Virus record (IMG/VR): IMGVR_UViG_2541047900_000007
Strand: one strand, 5' to 3'
DNA length: 33,326 bases
Source: a virus
Taxonomy: Duplodnaviria; Heunggongvirae; Uroviricota; Caudoviricetes
Shown: piece by piece, positions 25,610-33,326 of the stretch
Numbering within the stretch: position 1 is the first letter of the stretch
How the letters are laid out: each line of letters starts with the position of its first letter
The notes under the pieces: generated by a model
Seen by the model: the letters and a program-made list of their open reading frames with translations, nothing else
Database searches by the model: none
What the model was told of the DNA's origin: nothing
Made by a program: the position numbers and the translations under genes

Positions 25610-25619
25610 GGAGTAATCA

Positions 25620-26534
25620 ATGGGACGCACCAAATCACCCGTTAACACTGAACTGAATGTTGAGGTTCCGCTGTCAGATAACATCAATGTCAATTTGAAC
25701 GCTATGACACAGCATCGCATGGAAATTATGCAGCAGTTTGGTGATGGACTGCCTTATGAACGTGATCGCATTGTTCACGAAGCACGTTTTTATATGGCGC
25801 AGAGTGCTGAATCTATGCTGGAAGCGGGTAAGCGGCTGATCATCTTAAAAGAAAATGAGCCACACGGTGATTTTACAAACATTTTAGAAAATGAACTCGG
25901 ACTTGCACCACAAGTTGCTCGCCGCATGATGCAAGCCAGTATGAAGTTTTTGGGAGAAGGTGATGAGCCAACAAAACGCTCAACGTTGAGCGTTTTGGGG
26001 AAAGCCAAACTGTACGACCTGATGGTTCTGGATAATGAAGAACTTGATGAATTGGCCGACGGCGGCACAGTTGCCGGCCTGACGCTTGACGACGTTGATC
26101 GCATGTCAGTACGTGAATTGCGTCAGGCCCTGCGCGAAGCGCGCGAAACCAACGCAGCACAACAGCGCGTACTCGCTGACAAAAATGAAAAAATAGACTC
26201 ACTCTCCACCAGACTGGAGAAGAAATCCCGTATTCAGCCGCCTGAGCCTGATGAAGAGGTTAAGAAGCTGCGGGCGGAAGTGACAGCATTAGCGGTTGAG
26301 GCGGAATCTGCTATCGCCGTTCGACTGTCCAGCGCTTTTGAGACGCTGTGCGCATATTGTGCTGAAAACATGATTGATACCCCCAGAGACTTCATGGCAG
26401 GCCTGGTCTGTCAACTGGAAAGCACAGCGCGTAGCCTGCGCTCCACATTTGACCTGCCGGATGAGCCAACAGGCAATGCCGCGCCTTCATGGCTGACTGA
26501 GCCGACGCCACAGATTAACGGGCTGGAGGCATAA
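25620..26534 (+). CDS. conserved hypothetical early protein (acidic, coiled-coil)
   Basis: 304-aa ORF directly upstream of the transposase gene. Confidence 0.55.
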   Translation: MGRTKSPVNTELNVEVPLSDNINVNLNAMTQHRMEIMQQFGDGLPYERDRIVHEARFYMAQSAESMLEAGKRLIILKENEPHGDFTNILENELGLAPQVARRMMQASMKFLGEGDEPTKRSTLSVLGKAKLYDLMVLDNEELDELADGGTVAGLTLDDVDRMSVRELRQALREARETNAAQQRVLADKNEKIDSLSTRLEKKSRIQPPEPDEEVKKLRAEVTALAVEAESAIAVRLSSAFETLCAYCAENMIDTPRDFMAGLVCQLESTARSLRSTFDLPDEPTGNAAPSWLTEPTPQINGLEA

Positions 26535-26537
26535 CCA

Positions 26538-28307
26538 ATGAATGCTGCCCTGACTGAACGACTGGTTTATGTCGCCCGCGCGGCACGTGACGCGGGGCAT
26601 GGTAAACGCGGTGCAATATACGACGCTGCCTGTGCTGAACTTGGCATGTCCCGCGCCACTCTGCTGCGCAGGCTGAAGGAGGTCTCTGTGACTGATAAAC
26701 GCAAAAAACGCGCTGATGCCGGACGCAGCGCCCTGACCCGCGACGAAGCCGCGCTGATATCTGCCACACTGCGTGAGGCCACCCGCAAGAACGGTAAGCG
26801 CCTCTATTCCATCGCAGATGCAGTGGAAACCCTGCGGGCTAACGGCTTTATCACCGCAGGCAGAACAGATGAAACCACCGGTGAGTTTTTCCCGTTGTCT
26901 GAAGATGCCATCAGCCGTGCTCTGCGTAACTATGGCCTGCACCCGGAACAACTGGATGCTCCTGCACCGCATACCGAAGTGGCCAGTCTGCACCCCAATC
27001 ATGTCTGGCAGATTGACGCCTCACTCTGCACGCTTTACTACCTGAGCAATGGACATAAAGGGCTGCAGGTGATGGACAGCGCGAAGTTCTACAAGAACAA
27101 GCCCGCTAACCTTGCCCGTATCGCCAGTGACCGCGTGTGGAGTTACGAGATTACCGACCATGCCAGCGGCTGGATTTACGTTGAGTATGTGACGGGCGCG
27201 GAATCAGGTGAGAACCTGTGTTCTGTGCTTATCAACGCCATGCAGGAGCGTGGCGGCGCAGACGTGCTGCACGGCGTGCCAAAAATACTCTATCTCGACC
27301 CCGGCTCGGCAAACACCGCGGGTATGACGAAAAACATGTGCCGCTCACTGGGCATCGACCTGATAGCGCACAAGCCGCATAACGCCCGCGCCACCGGACA
27401 GGTGGAAAAGGCGCGAGACATTATCGAACGCAAGCTGGAGCCGGGTCTGAAGTTCCGGCCGGTTCACAGTCTGGAAGAACTCAACGCGCTGGCCGCGAAA
27501 TGGCGCAGCCACTTTAACGCCACGGCTGTTCACAGCCGCCACGGTAAAACCCGCACGGATATCTGGCTGAAGATTACTGCTGAGCAGCTGAAAAAAGCGC
27601 CTTCCGTTGAGGTATGTCATGAACTGGCTGTGGCGGCACCAGAACTCCGCAAAGTCACGCCAAAACTTCGTGTCTCGTTCCGGGGCACTGAATTTGACGT
27701 ATCAACGGTACCGGGCGTACTGGTTGGTGAAAAACTGATGATTACCCGTAACCCATGGCGCAGCGATGTGGCACAGGTGGTTCTGACCGGTGAGGACGGC
27801 CACGAGACGTTCTTCCTGGTCGAAGAGGTCAGAAAGAACGAGTTTGGCTTTGCTGAAGGCGCGGCGGTATTTGGCGAAAGTTACAAAGCCCTGCCGGAAA
27901 CCCCGGCACAGATGGCGGCAAAAGAAACCGAAGCGCTGGTTACCGGTACAGACAACGCCGCAGATGCAGCCGCCGCACGCAAGGCGAAGGCGCTGCCGTT
28001 CGGCGGGCGGCTTGACCCGTATAAACATATCGACGACACCACACTTCCGGCCTATATGCCGAAGCGTGGTCAGGCCTCTGACGTACGCGGGCCGCGCACT
28101 GAACAACGTCCCATGACTCATGTGGAGGCCGCGAAAGCCCTGCGCGATAAGTTCAGCGCCGACGGCCTTACCTGGACGCCGGAACATTACCGCCAGTTAA
28201 CGGCACAGTACCCGGACGGCGTACCGGAAGCCGCACTGGATGAAGTCATGGCCACGCTGACCACACCGGCCAGCAGCAGTGTTATCAGCATTGTTAACGG
28301 CAACTGA
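26538..28307 (+). CDS. DDE transposase, MuA-like (transposable-phage transposase A)
   Basis: 589-aa ORF with N-terminal HTH and integrase-core-like region (HVWQIDASL...LYLDPGSANT); followed by an AAA+ B-like gene; GGAGG ribosome-binding site. Confidence 0.8.
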   Translation: MNAALTERLVYVARAARDAGHGKRGAIYDAACAELGMSRATLLRRLKEVSVTDKRKKRADAGRSALTRDEAALISATLREATRKNGKRLYSIADAVETLRANGFITAGRTDETTGEFFPLSEDAISRALRNYGLHPEQLDAPAPHTEVASLHPNHVWQIDASLCTLYYLSNGHKGLQVMDSAKFYKNKPANLARIASDRVWSYEITDHASGWIYVEYVTGAESGENLCSVLINAMQERGGADVLHGVPKILYLDPGSANTAGMTKNMCRSLGIDLIAHKPHNARATGQVEKARDIIERKLEPGLKFRPVHSLEELNALAAKWRSHFNATAVHSRHGKTRTDIWLKITAEQLKKAPSVEVCHELAVAAPELRKVTPKLRVSFRGTEFDVSTVPGVLVGEKLMITRNPWRSDVAQVVLTGEDGHETFFLVEEVRKNEFGFAEGAAVFGESYKALPETPAQMAAKETEALVTGTDNAADAAAARKAKALPFGGRLDPYKHIDDTTLPAYMPKRGQASDVRGPRTEQRPMTHVEAAKALRDKFSADGLTWTPEHYRQLTAQYPDGVPEAALDEVMATLTTPASSSVISIVNGN

Positions 28308-28317
28308 GGAGGGAAAC

Positions 28318-29484
28318 ATGCTGGTACTGAAGCAGCAACTGAAAGAGGCCCGTATTCCACAGGCGGTGGTGGCGAGAGCTGTCGATGTTTCTGAGGCCAC
28401 GCTGGCCCAGATTGTGAATCATAACGCGTGGCCCCGCACCAGCCCCGGAGAAGTGCGCCGGCGTCTTGCGTCCTGGCTGGAAAGTCAGGGGATTGATACA
28501 ACGAAGAGTTTTGATGCTGTACAGGGCGCGGCCACGCCCCGTACAGCGGGTACCACAGATAAAACGAGCCTCAGTGAGGAAGAGAATATGTTACTCAAAA
28601 AACAGGTGTTATTTCCAGCAACCAAAAAAGCGTTTGGTCTTTTCCGTGACCCGTTCGCCGACGAAGCCATGCAGGGTTCTGATGATGTGTTCACCACCCC
28701 GGACATTCGCTACGTGCGTGAGGCGTTGTACCAGACAGCCCGTCATGGTGGGTTTATGGCCGTCATCGGTGAGTCCGGTGCGGGTAAATCCACGCTGCGC
28801 CGCGACCTGACTGAACGTATCAACCGCGAGAATGCGCCGGTAATTGTTATCGAGCCATACATCATCGCTATGGAAGACAACGATGTGAAAGGGAAAACCC
28901 TGAAGGCAGCAGCGATTGCCGAAGCCATTATCAGTACCATCGCACCACTGGAAAGCATCAGACGCAGTCAGGACGCCCGCTTTCGCCAGTTGCATCGCGT
29001 CCTGAAAGACAGCAGCCAGGCGGGGTTCAGCCACGTTCTGGTGATTGAGGAGGCCCACAGTCTGCCCATTCCGACACTGAAACACCTCAAACGCTTTTTT
29101 GAGCTGGAGTCCGGTTTCAAAAAACTGCTGTCCATCGTGCTGATTGGCCAGCCGGAACTGGCGACAAAACTGTCTGAACGCAATATGGAAGTCCGTGAAG
29201 TCGTTCAGCGCTGTGAGGTGGTCGAACTTCTGCCTCTGGACAATAACCTTGAAGAATTTCTGACGTTCAAACTGCAACGGGCCGGTAAACAACTGACGGA
29301 CATTATGGACGCCAGCGCAGTGGATGCCATACGTGCCCGCCTGAGCAATCCGGGAAGTCATCGTAAAAATATGGTCAGCCTGCTGTATCCGCTGGCCGTC
29401 AGTAACCTGGTGATAGCCGCCATGAATCTGGCCGCTGAAATCGGGGTTCCACAGGTCAATGCTGACGTTGTCAAAGGGGTTTAA
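28318..29484 (+). CDS. DNA transposition AAA+ ATPase, MuB-like
   Basis: Walker A GESGAGKST and Walker B-like VLVIEEAH; N-terminal HTH; start at ATG 28318 after GGAGGG, 10 nt past the transposase stop. Confidence 0.75.
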   Translation: MLVLKQQLKEARIPQAVVARAVDVSEATLAQIVNHNAWPRTSPGEVRRRLASWLESQGIDTTKSFDAVQGAATPRTAGTTDKTSLSEEENMLLKKQVLFPATKKAFGLFRDPFADEAMQGSDDVFTTPDIRYVREALYQTARHGGFMAVIGESGAGKSTLRRDLTERINRENAPVIVIEPYIIAMEDNDVKGKTLKAAAIAEAIISTIAPLESIRRSQDARFRQLHRVLKDSSQAGFSHVLVIEEAHSLPIPTLKHLKRFFELESGFKKLLSIVLIGQPELATKLSERNMEVREVVQRCEVVELLPLDNNLEEFLTFKLQRAGKQLTDIMDASAVDAIRARLSNPGSHRKNMVSLLYPLAVSNLVIAAMNLAAEIGVPQVNADVVKGV

Positions 29485-29486
29485 TA

Positions 29487-29756
29487 ATGAAATCCACCAC
29501 AGTTATCAGCCAGCAGATTAACAAAGTGCAGTCAGCCATTATGGCACTTAAGGCGACGAATACGGATATACAGAGCATCACCATCAGGGGCCATAAACCT
29601 GTCATCCGAGTTTCCCGGAGTGCGCATTGCATACACATGCTTGAACAGGGGAAAGCCAGTTATCTGTATACCGGTCATGACCACAGGGGTCATTTCCGTC
29701 AGGGCGTTTTCGAACTGCACGGCTGTCGCGTCGTGTGGCCGGAATCTTTGTGGTAA
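29487..29756 (+). CDS. hypothetical early protein
   Basis: 89-aa ORF starting 2 nt after the B-like gene stop. Confidence 0.45.
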   Translation: MKSTTVISQQINKVQSAIMALKATNTDIQSITIRGHKPVIRVSRSAHCIHMLEQGKASYLYTGHDHRGHFRQGVFELHGCRVVWPESLW

Positions 29757-29783
29757 TCAGCACAACCGGAGAAATCATAAAAT

Positions 29784-30314
29784 ATGGCAAAAAGTACAAA
29801 AGGGGCAAAACGTATCAAGTCCGCAGCGGCACTCTGGGTACCGGGGACACGCGAAGAGGTCATTGAGGGCATCAGACTGCTCGGTGACGCACAACGTGAA
29901 CTGGTCAGGGCTGAAACAGAAATGAATGACGCCATTGGCGATATCACCGCACGTTATGCCCCGCTCACCGAGAGCCTGAAAAAACGCATGGCCGAACTGC
30001 AGTCCGGTATTCAGACATGGTGTGAGGCACACCGTGATGAACTGACCGGCAACGGGAAGGTGAAGTTCGCTAACCTCACCACCGGCGAGGTGCAGTGGCG
30101 AAACCGTCCGCCATCAGTCAGTATCCGTGGGGCGGATAATGTTATTGAATTACTGAGACGTCTGGGGCTTGAGCGCTTTATTCGTGTAAAAGAGGAAATA
30201 AATAAAGACGCTATCCTGAATGAAAAAGAGGCCGTGAAAAATATTCCCGGTATTTCCATTAAAAGCGACATTGAGGATTTTTCAATAATTCCTTTTGAGC
30301 AGGATGTGCAGTAA
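29784..30314 (+). CDS. gam: host-nuclease inhibitor Gam (Mu Gam family)
   Basis: 176-aa ORF, GGAGAA ribosome-binding site; sequence pattern and position after A/B match Mu Gam. Confidence 0.8.
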   Translation: MAKSTKGAKRIKSAAALWVPGTREEVIEGIRLLGDAQRELVRAETEMNDAIGDITARYAPLTESLKKRMAELQSGIQTWCEAHRDELTGNGKVKFANLTTGEVQWRNRPPSVSIRGADNVIELLRRLGLERFIRVKEEINKDAILNEKEAVKNIPGISIKSDIEDFSIIPFEQDVQ

Positions 30315-30411
30315 ACACACCACGTTAATTATTTAATAAAAACATTTTCTTTTTTATTCCAGCGTCAGCGCCGTGGGCTTCTGCACGCCGGAAACAGAGG
30401 AGAATTAAATT

Positions 30412-30606
30412 ATGATATTTAAATGTATTCAGTGCGAGAGGGATATAACAGCCCTGCGTTTTCACAGCGCCATCGCCGTGATGTCCGGTAAATACCACAT
30501 CCCTGCGGTACGCGTCACCCTGGTCTGCCCGTACTGCAGCCAGCATTTTTCGGCGGACGTGCCCGTCATGGAATTCTCCCGCCCTGACAGGGAGGACGCG
30601 CAATGA
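30412..30606 (+). CDS. small zinc-ribbon protein (CxxC...CxxC)
   Basis: 64-aa ORF with CIQC and CPYC pairs; GAGGAG ribosome-binding site. Confidence 0.45.
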   Translation: MIFKCIQCERDITALRFHSAIAVMSGKYHIPAVRVTLVCPYCSQHFSADVPVMEFSRPDREDAQ

Positions 30607-30875
30607 TTACCCCACAGGAAGCACGACAGCGCACCCGAACCCTTGTTGAACACTATGTCAACGAGTGTGAATGCCGCAACCTCACCGATGTGAAGCACGT
30701 CCTGACGGCACTAATCAGTATGGCCGCTCAGGCCATTGTGGCGACCAACGGAAAGGCGGCTGCCCTGCAGGTACTGGTGAACACACTCACCCACACGGCA
30801 GAGCATGAGGTGCCGTACCGGATGGAAACCACTGCAGAAGGCGGCCTGCACATCACCGTCAGCCGGAAGCACTGA
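30603..30875 (+). CDS. hypothetical early protein
   Basis: 90-aa ORF, ATGA overlap with upstream ORF. Confidence 0.45.
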   Translation: MITPQEARQRTRTLVEHYVNECECRNLTDVKHVLTALISMAAQAIVATNGKAAALQVLVNTLTHTAEHEVPYRMETTAEGGLHITVSRKH

Positions 30876-30884
30876 GGGCGCGGC

Positions 30885-31181
30885 ATGACACGGAACACCA
30901 TACTCACCCGCACCGCCCTCTACCGTCTGGCCCTGCAGCGTTTCGGGCCGGACGCACAGGCCCTGAAACTGACAGAAGAGGCCGCTGAACTGGCGGCCAG
31001 TGCTGCCCGCAATCTGAACGGACAGGGCAGCGAAAGTGACCTCGCGGCAGAGCTGGCAGACGTGGAAATCATGACAGAGCAATTGCGCCTTCAGGGGATG
31101 GACCGGCTGATTGACTTCCACAAACAGAAAAAACTGGAACGTCTGGCTGCACGACTGGGCGTGATTTACACGAACGAGTAA
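30885..31181 (+). CDS. MazG-like nucleotide pyrophosphohydrolase domain protein (tentative)
   Basis: 98-aa ORF with EEAAELAASAAR and ELADVEIMTEQL helices resembling the MazG-type EExxE / ExxD motif pair. Confidence 0.4.
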   Translation: MTRNTILTRTALYRLALQRFGPDAQALKLTEEAAELAASAARNLNGQGSESDLAAELADVEIMTEQLRLQGMDRLIDFHKQKKLERLAARLGVIYTNE

Positions 31182-31195
31182 CCGGGAGGCATTCA

Positions 31196-31411
31196 ATGGC
31201 TGACATACTCAGGGAAATCACCGCATGGACACTGATTCTTACTGGCCTGGCGACATGCCTCAGTGCGGGGGCAGCCCTGGCTGCCCTGCTGATGCACATA
31301 ACAACACAGTGGTTATGGGAAAAGCTTAAAGCAGCATACAGCCTGAAAGAGCTGTCCGACGCTGTCCGGGCATGGAAACGGCAGAAAAATACCGGAGATA
31401 CAGAACAATGA
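31196..31411 (+). CDS. small membrane protein
   Basis: 71-aa ORF with one hydrophobic helix (WTLILTGLATCLSAGAALAALL). Confidence 0.4.
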   Translation: MADILREITAWTLILTGLATCLSAGAALAALLMHITTQWLWEKLKAAYSLKELSDAVRAWKRQKNTGDTEQ

Positions 31412-32091
31412 CAGACCAGAATAAACACATTGAGAAACTGAAAAAGTTGCTGGCGCTGGCCGCATCCGGCAACCCGCACGAGGCCGCTCTGGCACTGCGC
31501 CGAGCCCGTAAACTGATGGATGTTCACGGCATCACACATTCCGACATTGCTATGAGTGATATTGATGAAACCATCAGTCATTACTGGCCGACAGGCAGTC
31601 TCCGTCCACCGCGCTACATGCTGGGCCTGATGAACATCATCCGCGAGGCATTTGGTGTTAACTCCATCATTCACCCCGGCACGCATCCGTCTGTGGGGTT
31701 CTACGGTAACCGGGAACGAGCGGCACTGGCTGCATACACCTGGGAAGTGCTGGTCCGCCAACTGAAAAAGGCGCGTCAGCAGTATATCAGCGCACAGAAC
31801 AAAAGAATAAAAAACGCCACCCGTACCAGCCGTGGAAACCAGTTTGCTGAAGGCTGGGTACTGGCCGTTATCAGTGAAATACAGTCCTTTGCCCTGACCG
31901 ATGATGAGCGTGAACTGATGCAACAGTGGCTGGAACATAAATACCCGCAAACGCAAACCACCAGGGCGCGTAAACCGGGAAGAAGCCGCAATGGCGACGC
32001 CTCGCGCTATGCGGGGTTTCGTGAAGGGCAGAACGTCAGACTGCACCGCCCGGTCAGTGGGCAGGAACAACAGAAACTGGAGGCCAGATGA
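31408..32091 (+). CDS. conserved prophage early protein (DUF2786-like N-terminus)
   Basis: Start set to ATG 31408 (MTDQNKHIEKLKKLLALA...), overlapping the upstream stop as ATGA, GGAGA upstream. Confidence 0.5.
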   Translation: MTDQNKHIEKLKKLLALAASGNPHEAALALRRARKLMDVHGITHSDIAMSDIDETISHYWPTGSLRPPRYMLGLMNIIREAFGVNSIIHPGTHPSVGFYGNRERAALAAYTWEVLVRQLKKARQQYISAQNKRIKNATRTSRGNQFAEGWVLAVISEIQSFALTDDERELMQQWLEHKYPQTQTTRARKPGRSRNGDASRYAGFREGQNVRLHRPVSGQEQQKLEAR

Positions 32092-32318
32092 TTACGCTAT
32101 CAGGTAACAGCCGGAAATTAAAAGCCTGCCGAATATCTGCCAGATACCTTTTTGCCCGCGCCTTTTTTAAGAACGTCAGGCCGGGGATCACAATTGGTGT
32201 TATTGCCGGACGCGAACAGGTTGAAAAATACATGTCAGGTGCATGGTGGAATAACGACCCTGTCATTGCTGCCCGTAATATTCATATCGAATGGGGAGGT
32301 ATTCAGAATGACTACTGA
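32088..32318 (+). CDS. hypothetical protein
   Basis: 76-aa ORF, ATGA overlap with upstream gene. Confidence 0.35.
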   Translation: MITLSGNSRKLKACRISARYLFARAFFKNVRPGITIGVIAGREQVEKYMSGAWWNNDPVIAARNIHIEWGGIQNDY

Positions 32319-32514
32319 AACCATTGTCTGTTTTCTTTTCTGGTATATGTACGCAGGATCATGCAGCGCAAGACTTCATCGTTCCCTGGGCTATGGCAGG
32401 CACTACGACACCGCGCATTACATCCTGTACATGACCGCCGTCATGTTGTTCTGGCCAGTCACCCTGCCAGCTGCAACCGACATTGTTGCCGACAGACTGA
32501 AAAAAAGGAGATGA
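32308..32514 (+). CDS. small membrane protein
   Basis: Start set to ATG 32308 (MTTETIVCFLFWYMYAG...), GGGGAGG upstream; two hydrophobic segments. Confidence 0.4.
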   Translation: MTTETIVCFLFWYMYAGSCSARLHRSLGYGRHYDTAHYILYMTAVMLFWPVTLPAATDIVADRLKKRR

Positions 32515-32515
32515 T

Positions 32516-32965
32516 ATGCAGAAAAAACGCCTGATACAGCTTATCCATATTGCCCGTAATGAACTGGGTATGGATGAAGACACCTACCGCCAGATGTTAC
32601 AGGGGCTGACCGGTAAAGCCTCAACCAAAGGAATGGATACCACACAACTAAACTGCGTGCTGGAATCCATGAAAAAGAAAGGCTTTCGCGTTAAACCAGC
32701 CAGAAAAGCCAGCTCCGGTTTACCGCTGGATAACCATCCGCAGTCCAGGAAAATTCGTGCGCTATGGCTTGAAATGGCTGCTGCCGGCATTGTTCGTGAC
32801 CGTTCAGAAAATGCATTAGCGAGGTGGATCAAGCGGGAAACGGGCATCAGCGCCCTGCGCTGGCTCAGTACTGAACAGGCAAGCAGTGTTATTGAGAAAC
32901 TGAAGAAGTGGCAGCGCAGAGCTGCGGGAGTCAAACATGAGCGACCTGAATCAGTTTCGAAGTAA
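32516..32965 (+). CDS. gemA: GemA-like protein (Mu gp16 family)
   Basis: 149-aa ORF immediately upstream of the Mor-like gene, as in Mu. Confidence 0.65.
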   Translation: MQKKRLIQLIHIARNELGMDEDTYRQMLQGLTGKASTKGMDTTQLNCVLESMKKKGFRVKPARKASSGLPLDNHPQSRKIRALWLEMAAAGIVRDRSENALARWIKRETGISALRWLSTEQASSVIEKLKKWQRRAAGVKHERPESVSK

Positions 32966-33326
32966 GGGGCCGGAACTCCTGGTGGAACTGGCACAGCATA
33001 CCTCTGAGACCGTTCGCGAGATTATTGATATTGAGCCCGAAGTTGCCGACCAGATTGGTCAGGCCGTCGCGAACCGAATGATGCAGGTCTGGGGCGGGCA
33101 AAACGTTTATTTCCCGATGGGCATGGTATGGAAGGTCAGTCAGCGCGACCGGGAAATCTTCAGGGAGTTTAACGGACGCAACCACCACGAACTGGCCCGC
33201 AAATTTGGTGTTTCGCTTCAGTGGGTCTACAGCGTGGTTAAGCGGGTAAGAAAAGAAGAACTGGATCGGATGCAGGGCAAGCTATTTGCTGATGAACCCG
33301 ATGCAGATACGGAGAAAAAAGAGTAA
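32937..33326 (+). CDS. mor: Mor-like middle-operon transcription activator (Mor/C family)
   Basis: 129-aa ORF with WGGQNVYFP and FNGRNHHELARKFGVSLQWVY motifs characteristic of the Mor/C family; stop is the last codon of the window. Confidence 0.7.
   Translation: MSDLNQFRSKGPELLVELAQHTSETVREIIDIEPEVADQIGQAVANRMMQVWGGQNVYFPMGMVWKVSQRDREIFREFNGRNHHELARKFGVSLQWVYSVVKRVRKEELDRMQGKLFADEPDADTEKKE

Noticed and set aside
26487-27002. 171-aa minus-strand ORF
   Set aside because: Antisense to the transposase gene.
28609-29361. 250-aa minus-strand ORF
   Set aside because: Antisense to the MuB-like ATPase gene, which has clear Walker motifs; treated as an antisense artefact.
26538-29484. Ordinary insertion sequence or Tn7-like transposon
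   Set aside because: The transposase and ATPase are embedded in a phage early operon with ner, gam, gemA and mor and adjacent structural genes, so they are the phage replication/transposition genes.
31069-32070. 333-aa minus-strand ORF
   Set aside because: Antisense to a run of translationally coupled plus-strand early genes; low-complexity translation and wrong orientation for the operon.

Overview
The window is most of a Mu-like transposable prophage with a divergent layout, read by eye from the sequence and ORF track with no database searches run. Minus strand, 22.3 kb down to the window start: a lysis cassette (holin-like protein, lytic-transglycosylase endolysin with N-terminal membrane segment, Rz/Rz1-type spanins with the o-spanin embedded), then Mu gp26/gp27-like genes, large terminase, portal, F, G, I, major capsid, sheath, tube, a gpE-like chaperone with an overlapping frameshift ORF, tape measure, and baseplate genes U/X/D/V/W/J/I-like, ending in a tail fiber gene that runs off the left edge. 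Plus strand, 25.06 kb to the window end: a Ner-like gene, two extra genes, DDE transposase A, AAA+ protein B, Gam, small accessory ORFs, GemA and Mor. Between the two arms lies a visibly AT-richer region holding an XRE-type repressor translationally coupled to two membrane proteins of unknown function, and a small P-loop protein. That repressor-linked cassette is the best candidate for an undescribed accessory system, but its role is inference only. Other notable signals are four conserved late-promoter-like motifs in two subfamilies, a near-consensus early promoter with a palindromic operator, and a tape measure gene split by a frameshifting partial tandem repeat. No rRNA, tRNA or CRISPR array was seen.
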